NCBI GenBank assembly: GCA_963667015.2
Contig: CAXXJJ010000004.1
Coordinates: forward strand, 160,001 to 224,000
Direction of reading: 5' to 3'
Source of the DNA: Desulfatiglandales bacterium
Lineage (GTDB): Bacteria > Desulfobacterota > DSM-4660 > Desulfatiglandales > HGW-15
DNA: 64,000 nucleotides
Below are positions 51,091 through 59,831 of this stretch, piece after piece (the first letter of the stretch is position 1; each line of letters begins with the position of its first letter). The notes under the pieces were generated by a model. The model was not told the DNA's origin. It saw nothing but the letters and a program-made list of their open reading frames with translations, and did no database searches. The position numbers were made by a program, and so were the translations under genes.

Positions 51091-52446
51091 ATGTCCGACT
51101 CTAGTCTTAAAATTGAAAATTTGATCCCATTGATTATAAGGTTTTGGTATGAGAGAACAGGACTTTTTATAGCTATTGTTCTGACAGTAATCATTGAAAC
51201 TTCTTTGATAAAAATACTAAAGCTTGAGACTCTCCCCGGTTCTCTGGTTCTTATTTCAACTCTACTGGTAATAATTATTTTCTGGCTTGTTTGCCGGCAA
51301 CCACCTAAAACAAAAAAAGGCAAAGTCGGTTTTCTTGTCAGTATAAGCTGTAGCGATGATAAAGAAAGCAAAAAACTAAAGGAGGATTTTATCCTTCCAC
51401 TTAGAAGGCTTATAAAATCTGGTGACTCTCGACATTCATTCCACTTCATGCAATTACCTAAACATTTAGCTGATAAAGTACTTGATACCGAAGATGCCAT
51501 GGAAATGAGAGTACGAGCCCGCGCACATTTCTTCTTGTTTGGTAGCATTCGACTTAGAGTTCTCGGTGGTAAAAACATTCATGTAATAGAATTAGATGGC
51601 GCGGTAACACATTCACCTCTTCCTAAAGAAATCAGCAATGCACTTGCGGAAGAGTTCTCCGAACTTTTACCAAGAAAATTACATATTCAAACAGAGAATG
51701 ATTTATTGTCTTTTCAATTCACATCAGAATGGACTGATATTGTCTCAAGATATATTATTGGTATCGCGGCTATGTATTCTAGGGATTTAAGCTACGCTGA
51801 GTCACTCTTTTTGGAAGCAAATAACAGACTTGAATCAAAAGACTCAAGATTTCCTGCTTATCAAAAACTTACCCAACGGATTCCAATTAGGATTGATGAA
51901 ATAAATGAACTGAGAGCACATGCATCATATATATCATGGACCAAAACACATGAAGATAAATTTATTGATGAATTGGGATTATATTTAGAAAAGATTAATA
52001 TCAATATGAAAAGCGTTCTTCATTTACGTTCCATCTATACTTTCTTGAAAGAACGAGATATTAATGAGGCTATAGGCTTTTTAAATCAATTAAAAAAACG
52101 TAATGAAGGTCTTTATCATTATAATATGGCATTTCTAAAAGGCTATGATGGAGATTTAAAATCGGCAACTCGCTCTTATCGACAAGCAGTGATGTATACA
52201 ATTACGCCATCTGCATTATCACAAATAGAGGATTTTATCTGTTGGATATTGAAGATGGAACCAGAAAAAATTCAGTTATATTTTTGCTTAGGATTTTTTA
52301 ACTGGAAGGCGAAAGGAGACTTGGCGCAAGCAATTAAGGACTTCCGATCTTTTTTAGAGGCTAAATCATCGATAGAATTTCCAAAAGAGAGGAAATTAGC
52401 TGCAAGATGGATAGAGGATATCTCGAAGAAAAAGACATCTAATTAA
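51091..52446 (+). CDS. Hypothetical protein, 2 N-terminal TM helices and C-terminal TPR-like repeats
   Basis: 451-aa AT-rich ORF; HYNMAFL..., LYFCLGFFN...GDLAQAIKDF. Confidence 0.7.
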   Translation: MSDSSLKIENLIPLIIRFWYERTGLFIAIVLTVIIETSLIKILKLETLPGSLVLISTLLVIIIFWLVCRQPPKTKKGKVGFLVSISCSDDKESKKLKEDFILPLRRLIKSGDSRHSFHFMQLPKHLADKVLDTEDAMEMRVRARAHFFLFGSIRLRVLGGKNIHVIELDGAVTHSPLPKEISNALAEEFSELLPRKLHIQTENDLLSFQFTSEWTDIVSRYIIGIAAMYSRDLSYAESLFLEANNRLESKDSRFPAYQKLTQRIPIRIDEINELRAHASYISWTKTHEDKFIDELGLYLEKININMKSVLHLRSIYTFLKERDINEAIGFLNQLKKRNEGLYHYNMAFLKGYDGDLKSATRSYRQAVMYTITPSALSQIEDFICWILKMEPEKIQLYFCLGFFNWKAKGDLAQAIKDFRSFLEAKSSIEFPKERKLAARWIEDISKKKTSN

Positions 52447-52556
52447 ATTGCATCTTATTGATCAATTTTATGTGGCTAAGTCAAAGTGCCCCTCAAGTTT
52501 AGCCAAAAGGAGCACTCCAATATTTCCCACCTTCTTCTTTAACTCTCTACAAGATT

Positions 52557-53072
52557 CTACTTAAACAACCCACTTTTCATGGCTTCCTGTATTGTCAACT
52601 TCCCTTTGACCGGATGTTCACAGAATGTTTGACCACCTTCCTGATAAAACTGCCAGCCCACATCTACCAATCTATGGGCTTTACTCATAGATATATTCCG
52701 TGAGTTATAATGGTTAACCAAGTCCTTTACTCCTGAAAGATCACCTGCAAATATACCACGCTGAATGTCCATAAGTTTCTCACTGTCGTATGTCGTGCAG
52801 GCATATTCTAAGACATCCGCAGGGTTAACCTCTGTATCTAATCCCTGTACAGTGTAATAGGCCTGTGAATAGAACTTCTCAGTAACACTCTTTACTACTG
52901 CTCCCAACTGTTCACGGGACATATTGAACTGAGGCGCAAGCTGTATGAGAGTGTCTTCACTCGGTATACCTCCATTCATTAACACATCATTCACAAGTCT
53001 ATCTGTAGCGATATCACCACCGGTCTGATAGAGACTCTCAATGGTTGCCTCTGTGTCAGCATCAAGCATCAC
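52557..53072 (-). CDS. Hypothetical protein, probably a 5'-truncated mobile-element gene
   Basis: 171-aa ORF with no SD; its frame runs into the IS-like end with a stop about 11 codons upstream. Confidence 0.45.
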   Translation of the reverse strand: MMLDADTEATIESLYQTGGDIATDRLVNDVLMNGGIPSEDTLIQLAPQFNMSREQLGAVVKSVTEKFYSQAYYTVQGLDTEVNPADVLEYACTTYDSEKLMDIQRGIFAGDLSGVKDLVNHYNSRNISMSKAHRLVDVGWQFYQEGGQTFCEHPVKGKLTIQEAMKSGLFK

Positions 53073-53094
53073 GACTGAGGATTTACTCTCATTA

Positions 53095-53177
53095 CCGTGG
53101 AATCCTTATCCGGATAACTTTGGAATCGCCATCCGCTTTCCCGTGGAATCGGCGTCCGGATTGGCGGGGATTATACA
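53095..53177. mobile_element. Orphan IS21-family-like terminal repeat array
   Basis: TGGAATC-N4-TCCG at 53098, 53121 and 53144 (23-bp period), ending GGGATTATACA-3'; no transposase nearby. Confidence 0.55.
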
Positions 53178-53470
53178 GTTCAGACGATCAATTCAAATAT
53201 CTATCTCTCTTCTGGTTCTGCATTTTTGTGCCTCTTACGCTTTTGCTGCGAAAAATACATGGATACGTGTACAGTCACCAAGTTTTGGAGTAATTTCAAG
53301 GCTTGATGAGAAAAAACAAGGATGTTTACAGAAGAGTTTGATAGATTTGTAACCTATATTAATCAGCTATATAATACGGATGATAAAAGTCTGACTCCTC
53401 TTACCATTGTACTTTTAAAAAATAAAAAACAATTTTTACCATATCGTAATCATACTGATGGAAAAAATAC

Positions 53471-53836
53471 ATGAAGAATAATCTTTCACAGGATGAATCC
53501 CGGAAAAATGATGCGATGAGGAAAATTGCCGATATGTATAAGAAGTCCATTTTACTGAGGACGGCCAATAAATATACTTTTGAAGGCCGATGAAATTTTT
53601 GCATCACAAAACTCTCTTTGCATTATATCAAAAGATATGCAAAAAGTACTGGAAAACATAGGTGCCATTCTCAATTCAGCAAAACGGCTGAATAACGCTG
53701 ATCTTACCATGAGAGCCCGTAATTATGATGAGGGGCAGCGATTCTTGAGGGCATTATGAAGGATGAAAAAGTTCCACGTCCTTCAAAGGCTAGTGCCCGA
53801 CGCATGCAGTTGTATATTGAAAAAAGAAAGAGTTAA
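53471..53836 (+). pseudogene. Possible frameshifted remnant of a helical-repeat protein
   Basis: Three consecutive short reading frames (MKNNLSQ..; ..KADEIF..RARNYDEG; ..AILEGIMKDEK..KRKS*). Confidence 0.3.
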
Positions 53837-53896
53837 CCTTTCGCCAACCCGAGTCACACAACATTTATATTTTAATATGTATTTTTTTGCCTGAAC

Positions 53897-53935
53897 TGTG
53901 AAACGGATTTCATAGTTTTTAGGTAAAGTTTTACA
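53897..53935. promoter_or_regulatory. Putative enhancer sites upstream of the PEP-CTERM promoter
   Basis: TGTGAAACGGATTTCATA and GGTAAAGTTTTACA, 80-120 bp upstream of a sigma-54 site; TTTACA-type boxes are described upstream of PEP-CTERM genes. Confidence 0.5.
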
Positions 53936-54015
53936 TATTTCTTTTTTTATAATTTTAATTAGTGGATAACATGCTAATATTCCTGAGAAATAAAGAGGGA
54001 AGGATGTTGATAGCT

Positions 54016-54031
54016 TGGCATAGAAATTGCT
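54016..54031 (+). promoter_or_regulatory. Canonical sigma-54 promoter of the PEP-CTERM gene
   Basis: TGGCATAGAAATTGCT (GG-N10-GC). Confidence 0.8.
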
Positions 54032-54272
54032 TTATAATAAAAAATACTACATGTGTCACATTTCAACTTGAAGATATTTTAACTGTATCTCATCTCTAAT
54101 TGCAATATTCAATCTATAATTGAGTTTTAAGTAAAGCAGCAGACTTTGTTAATAATTGGACCGATTTTTCTAAACTTATTTTTAGAATAGAAGGAGGTGA
54201 TATATCACTATGGTCAGAGATTAGGAGACACCGATATCTTTTAATAATAAACAAAAGGAGGAGAAAATAATT

Positions 54273-54923
54273 ATGAAGAAATTATTATTGTTTACTATTG
54301 TGATAGCGTTTTTATTAACCTCAGGCCAAGTGTATGCCATTTTAATTTCAAATGGAAGTTTTGAGGATACTGACGGTCCAGGAGGATCTTTTACAACTGT
54401 ATATAGCGAAGATTACACTACTATTCCAGGTTGGGCGGTAGTTGAAGGATCAGTTGATTGGATATATACCTATTGGGAAGCCAGTGATGGTGAAAGAAGT
54501 ATTGACCTTGCCGGAAATTCAAGTGGCCTAATCATTACATCATTTGACACGACAGCAGGTGCTTGGTATGAGGTTACTTTCGATATGGCAGGAAATCCGG
54601 ATCGTTCTTATGAAAAAGCACTTGTTAGTGCAGCTATAGATTGGGATACTGGACCGATAGGTGAGTCTGAACTTTTTACTTTCGACCAAGCCCTTGGAAC
54701 AAAGAAAGATATGGGTTGGCAGACACATTCATTTGTATTTCAGGCAGCAGGTTCAATTACTACGCTTGCTTTCGGTGACTGGACGAATACTTCAGACCCT
54801 GAATGTTGGGGAGCAGCCATTGATAATGTGTCCGTGAATCCGGTCCCCGAACCGGCAACCATGCTTCTTCTCGGTTCAGGTTTAGTAGGACTCGTCGGCT
54901 TCAGGAGAAAATTCAAAAAATAA
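54273..54923 (+). CDS. PEP-CTERM exosortase substrate with choice-of-anchor C/DUF642-like domain
   Basis: Signal peptide, NGSFE, W.ASDG.RSIDL.G, IDNVSV, VPEPATMLLLGSGLVGLVGFRRKFKK. Confidence 0.93.
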   Translation: MKKLLLFTIVIAFLLTSGQVYAILISNGSFEDTDGPGGSFTTVYSEDYTTIPGWAVVEGSVDWIYTYWEASDGERSIDLAGNSSGLIITSFDTTAGAWYEVTFDMAGNPDRSYEKALVSAAIDWDTGPIGESELFTFDQALGTKKDMGWQTHSFVFQAAGSITTLAFGDWTNTSDPECWGAAIDNVSVNPVPEPATMLLLGSGLVGLVGFRRKFKK

Positions 54924-54945
54924 TAATTGAATACACATATTCAAA

Positions 54946-54977
54946 AAAAAGGCAGAGTCTTATAGCTCTGCCTTTTT
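54946..54977. terminator. Bidirectional terminator
   Basis: AAAAAGGCAGAG-N8-CTCTGCCTTTTT; overlaps the stop of the convergent gene. Confidence 0.75.
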
Positions 54978-56123
54978 CTTGCTTTTTTTATCAAGCGCAT
55001 AAATCGCAAAAGACCCAAGCCAGTGACCTCCTTCATAGCTGTCATCTACAAGGTTAGGTAATGAATAACCCACGTGCTCATCAGCTATGCTTATCAGGTG
55101 TGAGTATTCAGGATACTGTCTGGCCAGACTATATAATACCCACGCCCTGCTGAAATTGAGCCCATCAAGGTGAACGAGCTTGCCATCTGTTCGATCTGAA
55201 ACCTCTGCCACCTCCAGCTCAAATTTATCGGATTTGAGTTGATGTGCAAAATTTTCTATCCAGTTATTAAACTCGTCCTTATTTAATATCCTGCGCATCA
55301 GGTCAATTTCTTCAAGACATGGTGATAAAAAATCATAACCGCCCGGCTCCCAGCTTAACGGGCAGTTAGAATCATCCAGATAGAAATCTTTTGCACGGCT
55401 TTTGATTGCCGTTTTAAGGTTTTCATTATGTGTGGTATCTGCATAATCCCAGGCAAATGATAAACCAAAGGCCGTATTTGCATGTTCTCCCACCCTTACC
55501 GGATATTTAAGTTTTGGCAGAAAATCGATATACCGCTCAACGATCAGATCCGTTAGCGGCTGAAGATTTTTATTTAACTCATGAGCCATTGGATCATCCC
55601 AGGTGTACAGTTCTTCAGCTAATTTAAGCAGCCATGCCCATCCATAGGTTCTTTCATAGGATTTACTGTGTTCTCCATTAAAATAGAAAACTTCTGCCTT
55701 AATATTCTCCTCTGTGATATTTTCCTTAAGCCTGCTCCGGATCAAATCTGCCTTTTCCAGTTGAGGAAAATCCTTCAATAACTTTACCAGTGACCAGTGC
55801 CCGTGAACCGCTGAATGCCAGTCAAAACAGCCGTAGAATGCCGGGTGCAGCTGATGAGGTTCGCCAAGATCGCCTTCTCCCCCTAAGGTTTGTCCCAGTT
55901 TATTGGGATACTCAACCTGCATACAGGCCACAGGCAATCCGGCAAGATTGTTCGCCTGCTGCAATGTTAATCGATTGGTTTCATGAACATCGGGGCTGTT
56001 GACTGTCATCTTCATATCGGATGTATCCGCATGCTGTTTTTCCGGTTCTTCACCTGATTGACTGCAGGAGATCATTAAAGATAAAAACAAAAATCCCATA
56101 TAAAAAATCAATATTTTTCTCAT
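54960..56123 (-). CDS. DUF2891 family lipoprotein
   Basis: Lipobox LMISC; EYPNK, HPAFYGCFDWHSAVHGHW, ERTYGWAW, HLDGLN.SRAW, Y.G.HWL.SFA. Confidence 0.85.
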   Translation of the reverse strand: MRKILIFYMGFLFLSLMISCSQSGEEPEKQHADTSDMKMTVNSPDVHETNRLTLQQANNLAGLPVACMQVEYPNKLGQTLGGEGDLGEPHQLHPAFYGCFDWHSAVHGHWSLVKLLKDFPQLEKADLIRSRLKENITEENIKAEVFYFNGEHSKSYERTYGWAWLLKLAEELYTWDDPMAHELNKNLQPLTDLIVERYIDFLPKLKYPVRVGEHANTAFGLSFAWDYADTTHNENLKTAIKSRAKDFYLDDSNCPLSWEPGGYDFLSPCLEEIDLMRRILNKDEFNNWIENFAHQLKSDKFELEVAEVSDRTDGKLVHLDGLNFSRAWVLYSLARQYPEYSHLISIADEHVGYSLPNLVDDSYEGGHWLGSFAIYALDKKSKKKAEL

Positions 56124-56279
56124 CAGTATTTTCCTGTATTGTTTTATTTAAAGAAGACTAAATTCTCTATATATTAGTTTTTTAAATACCTTTTAAAATA
56201 AAAAAAACAATAAAAAATGTCCTTTTAAGCAATTAATTAAAAAGAATATTAGCATATTAGTCTCATATCATGCATCCAC

Positions 56280-56352
56280 TGTCATCTCTGACTGCAAGGA
56301 GAGATCTTGTGTTAAAATAATAAAAAGATTTTTCCTATTGGTCGAAATGACA
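56280..56352. repeat. Degenerate palindromic repeat (TGTCAT...GGAGAGATCT...AGATT...GTCGAAATGACA)
   Basis: Imperfect inverted repeat bounded by TGTCAT/ATGACA, resembling intergenic REP-like elements. Confidence 0.5.
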
Positions 56353-56403
56353 TCTTAAGGCTGCACATCGTTGACGCGACCACAGGCAAATTTATGCTCT
56401 CCA

Positions 56404-56555
56404 AACCGCGCAGCGGTGACATATTAATAGTACTTAATGTTCAATTAACCCATAGCCCTGTAGGGGCGACACGTATCAATAAGGGCTCGCACCAAAAGGC
56501 GCGTATTCTTTTGTTTATCCGATTTACTATTAATATACCGCCTCCTCCAGAGGCT
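56404..56555. repeat. REP-like cluster
   Basis: AACCGCGCAGCGGTGACATATTAATAGTA, AGCCCTGTAGGGGCGACAC and an inverted copy TACTATTAATATACCGCC..GAGGCT. Confidence 0.5.
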
Positions 56556-56646
56556 GTTTTGAAAAAGATCAATAACAACCGGCTTGATTTATTAACATTA
56601 AATCCTGTAATCTCCGGACAAAATATATAAGAGAGATATTGCATTA

Positions 56647-57843
56647 ATGAATGCTGAAAATAAAATAATAATGGCAGGGTGGCTGATTGACGGCACCGGT
56701 AGAGAAGCGGTAAATGGCTCCCTCATAAATATTTCAGGAGAAAAAATATCCTCTGTTACCGGAATAACTCCGGGTAGTGAACTATCTCCGGAAGTTATAG
56801 ATTTTTCGGACTGTACAGTTATCCCCGGCCTTATTGACGGCCATACACACCTGACCATGTCGGGAACTTTTGATAGTGAAATAAGGGATACACAGATTAC
56901 TGACGCATACAATACTGCTGAAGTAAGAATTAAAAAACATATCAGGGATTACCTTAAATATGGTGTTGTTGCTGTCAGGGACGGCGGTGACTTTCATGCA
57001 CATGTCCTTAAATACAAAAATGATTTTCATTCCTTTAAAGATACTCCATTAACCATATATGCGGCCGGTAATGGTTTCCATGTAAAAGGGAGATACGGCC
57101 AGCTGCTGGGTATGTATCTAAGGCCCGGAAGGGATCTTGCTAAGGCTGTACTGGAAGATCATAGACCCGGAATTGATCATATCAAGGTAGTAAACTCCGG
57201 TGTAAACAGCCTGAAAGAATTCGGGAAAGAGACATCTCCCCAGTTTACCAGAGAAGAACTGGAAAGGGCGGTAGAGGCTGCAGGTAGCATAGGGCTCAGG
57301 GTTATGGTGCACGCCAATGGAATAATGCCTGTTCAGCTGGCAATCGAAGCAGGGTGTCAGACCATAGAGCATGGCTATTTCATGGGAGAAGATAACCTTA
57401 AGAGGATGGCTGATAATGGAACAATATGGGTTCCGACTATAATTCCTATGAAGGCATACATGGATATCTCAGAACCTGGGAGCAGGGAGCATCATGTAAC
57501 TGAAAAAAATAAGATCCACCAGCTCGAACAGGTTGAAAAGGCCATAGAATATGGTGTCACTGTTGCACTTGGAACAGATGCAGGATCTTCCGGTGTGTAT
57601 CACGGGCCGGCAATTGCGGAAGAGTTCAGCCTTTTGCTAAGGGCAGGTTTTTCAATTGAACAGGCAGTTAAATGCGCAACCTCAAATGCCATGCAGATTA
57701 TTGGTGATGGTTCAAATGACGGCACCATATCTGCAGGAATGCCGGCAAACTTTGTAGTGGTAAAGGGCAGCCCTGATGATCTTCCTGAATCACTGGGAAA
57801 TATAAAAGAGGTATGGATTCAAGGTAAAATTGCGTCAATATGA
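56647..57843 (+). CDS. Metal-dependent amidohydrolase
   Basis: PGLIDGHTHL, IK, HANG, IEHG, GTDAG. Confidence 0.9.
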   Translation: MNAENKIIMAGWLIDGTGREAVNGSLINISGEKISSVTGITPGSELSPEVIDFSDCTVIPGLIDGHTHLTMSGTFDSEIRDTQITDAYNTAEVRIKKHIRDYLKYGVVAVRDGGDFHAHVLKYKNDFHSFKDTPLTIYAAGNGFHVKGRYGQLLGMYLRPGRDLAKAVLEDHRPGIDHIKVVNSGVNSLKEFGKETSPQFTREELERAVEAAGSIGLRVMVHANGIMPVQLAIEAGCQTIEHGYFMGEDNLKRMADNGTIWVPTIIPMKAYMDISEPGSREHHVTEKNKIHQLEQVEKAIEYGVTVALGTDAGSSGVYHGPAIAEEFSLLLRAGFSIEQAVKCATSNAMQIIGDGSNDGTISAGMPANFVVVKGSPDDLPESLGNIKEVWIQGKIASI

Positions 57844-57864
57844 ACAATGTTTATATGGTATTTT

Positions 57865-57888
57865 GTAGGGGCACGAGGTATCGTGCCC
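57865..57888. repeat. GTAG-type REP element
   Basis: GTAG-GGGCACGA-GGTA-TCGTGCCC hairpin. Confidence 0.6.
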
Positions 57889-57924
57889 GATTGGTAAGAT
57901 TTCCATTTCCACTTTAAGATTGAA

Positions 57925-58009
57925 TGGTGCGAGAGAGGGGAGTCGAACCCCTACACCGCAAGGCACTGGATCCTAAGTCCAGCGCGTCTACCAGTTCCGC
58001 CACTCTCGC
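57925..58009 (-). tRNA. tRNA-Leu(TAG)
   Basis: Reverse complement GCGAGAG...CTCTCGCACCA, anticodon loop CT-TAG-GA, GTTCGACTC. Confidence 0.97.
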
Positions 58010-58130
58010 ACTTCTTCTTAAACCCTCTCAGAACTGCGCTTTATGCCATGTTCTAACAGGTTTTGCAATATAATAACGAACCCTGATTAAAAGTCCAGTC
58101 TGTTTTCATAATTTTTATGGTAACATGATC

Positions 58131-58538
58131 CTACTTTGTATTCTGTTTTACAGGTGTAAGTGTAATAAAAGGTTTTTCATTTTCTATCCTGACCTCTGAT
58201 ACCTCCCACTCTGTCTGTTTTTCAATGTATTTGCCAAGTCGGTTTTTATATCTTTCCAGTACCCTTTTACCGATGGTAATACTTCCTTTTTCATTAACCT
58301 TTATTTTAGGTCCGGTACCTCTGGATTTTGTTTCAAGGTCTTCAGGCTTATAGTAGAATCTACGGTCTCTGCGTTCCTTGTCTATCAGGTAATTTTTAAA
58401 AGTCGACTTTGTAATATTGAACTCGTACAGGATTAGTTCCACCTTTTCGCTGGCTATTATCCTTCTGTCAAGTAAAGACAGCAGGCCTTCATTTTCGAGA
58501 TCCCTTATTGTTTTAAATTTCTTTCCCTTTTCCGGCAT
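58131..58538 (-). CDS. Basic hypothetical protein, possible AbrB-like DNA-binding C-terminus
   Basis: AGGAG SD; KVNEKGSITIGKRVLE resembles the AbrB/SpoVT hairpin motif. Confidence 0.55.
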   Translation of the reverse strand: MPEKGKKFKTIRDLENEGLLSLLDRRIIASEKVELILYEFNITKSTFKNYLIDKERRDRRFYYKPEDLETKSRGTGPKIKVNEKGSITIGKRVLERYKNRLGKYIEKQTEWEVSEVRIENEKPFITLTPVKQNTK

Positions 58539-58712
58539 TTTTATCTCCTGGCTGTAAAAAGAATCTTAATATGTTGTAGCTGTAAATTGATCTTGATTTT
58601 TTGAGAAGCTGTTATCCTATTTTTATTTTACTTAAAAATAAGATTCAATCGGTCAATACATCGAACTTTTTATAAAATAACTTTACTCTTTTCCTGTATA
58701 AACATTTCGTCA

Positions 58713-59441
58713 CTATAAATTTAATTTTGATTTATATTCATCTGAAAACTGCTTTATAAACCCCTCATCTGCAAAACTGTAATACCTGTTATGTCCTATG
58801 ATTATATGGTCAAGCACCTGGATTGACAACAGTTGTGATGACCATACCAGATTCCTTGTAAGGTTTCTGTCTTCGGGTGAGGGTTGAGGGTCTCCTGACG
58901 GATGGTTATGGACAAATACCAGTGCTGCGGCATTATTATTAAGGGCCAGTTTCATAATTTCCGCCGGATATACTGCACTTCCGGTCAATCCCCCCTGAAA
59001 TACATCCTGGTCAAAAATTAGCTCGTTTTTTCTGTTTAAAAACAGTACCTTGAACATCTCTCTTTTTATATCCCTCATTGAATGAAAAAGATAATCATAG
59101 ACGGCTTTGGAAGAATTGAAGAAAGTCGTCCTGATTGCCCTGTCCCTCAGATAGCGGCCTGCCACTTCATGAATAAGTTTAAGATACATTACATTTTTAT
59201 CACCAAGACCTTTAATAGTCTTGAGTTCATTTAACGGGGCGGCAAGGACTCCCGAAAGGCTCCCATATTGTTTAAGCGCCTGTCTTGCCGGGATTTTTAC
59301 ATCTTTTCTGGGCGTTCCCAGCGTGAGAAGAAACTCTATTATTTCTTCATCCGTGAACCTGTCAATGCCACCCTCTGTGAATCTTGATCTGAGTCTTTCT
59401 CTGTGACCTGAGCCTCTGTTTGAATTTTCGTTTTTCAGCAT
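58713..59441 (-). CDS. radC: RadC (JAB/MPN domain) protein
   Basis: GHRERLR, HhH GLG, E.F..LFL, HNHPSGDP.PS.ED, LDHIIIG. Confidence 0.93.
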   Translation of the reverse strand: MLKNENSNRGSGHRERLRSRFTEGGIDRFTDEEIIEFLLTLGTPRKDVKIPARQALKQYGSLSGVLAAPLNELKTIKGLGDKNVMYLKLIHEVAGRYLRDRAIRTTFFNSSKAVYDYLFHSMRDIKREMFKVLFLNRKNELIFDQDVFQGGLTGSAVYPAEIMKLALNNNAAALVFVHNHPSGDPQPSPEDRNLTRNLVWSSQLLSIQVLDHIIIGHNRYYSFADEGFIKQFSDEYKSKLNL

Positions 59442-59632
59442 TATTTTTCCAACCTCTTTTTCTACAAATTTATTTAAAAAAAGACTAAAGAAATGCCTGC
59501 AATAAACCGATTTGGGGGAAGCGTTAAAAAAAATTATGGATGAAAATGTTCTTTTAAAAAATAAAAATATGATAGAAACCTGTAAGGAATTGGAATAATT
59601 AATGTTTTACAGGTTTTAGCCGGTTCATTACC

Positions 59633-59648
59633 TGGCATATTAATTGCT
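59633..59648 (+). promoter_or_regulatory. Canonical sigma-54 promoter
   Basis: TGGCATATTAATTGCT (GG-N10-GC), preceded by the inverted repeat AAACCTGTAA-N21-TTACAGGTTT (59576-59616). Confidence 0.75.
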
Positions 59649-59831
59649 GGTATATTCCTGAACACTTTGATATATTACACCGGTTTTTCTGGTGGGCAGT
59701 ATGGTAATGCAATATTCACTTTACATCCATAAAAAAATCATTATCTTGAAAAATGATTTTTATCAGAATATGCCTGTACATCCTGTTTATCATGTGAATG
59801 TTTAGTGTGGACGGAAGGTTTTAGGTTAATA

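Noticed and set aside
53095..53177. Possible CRISPR mini-array
   Set aside because: The 23-bp period leaves no room for spacers and there are no cas genes; it fits transposon-end repeats better.
53041..53352. Plus-strand ORFs of 103 and 82 aa crossing the IS-like end
   Set aside because: They read through non-coding repeats and have no recognisable motifs; likely spurious.
58713..59441. radC as a marker of a mobile element
   Set aside because: It is the full-length HhH+JAB chromosomal form next to core genes, not the short mobile type.
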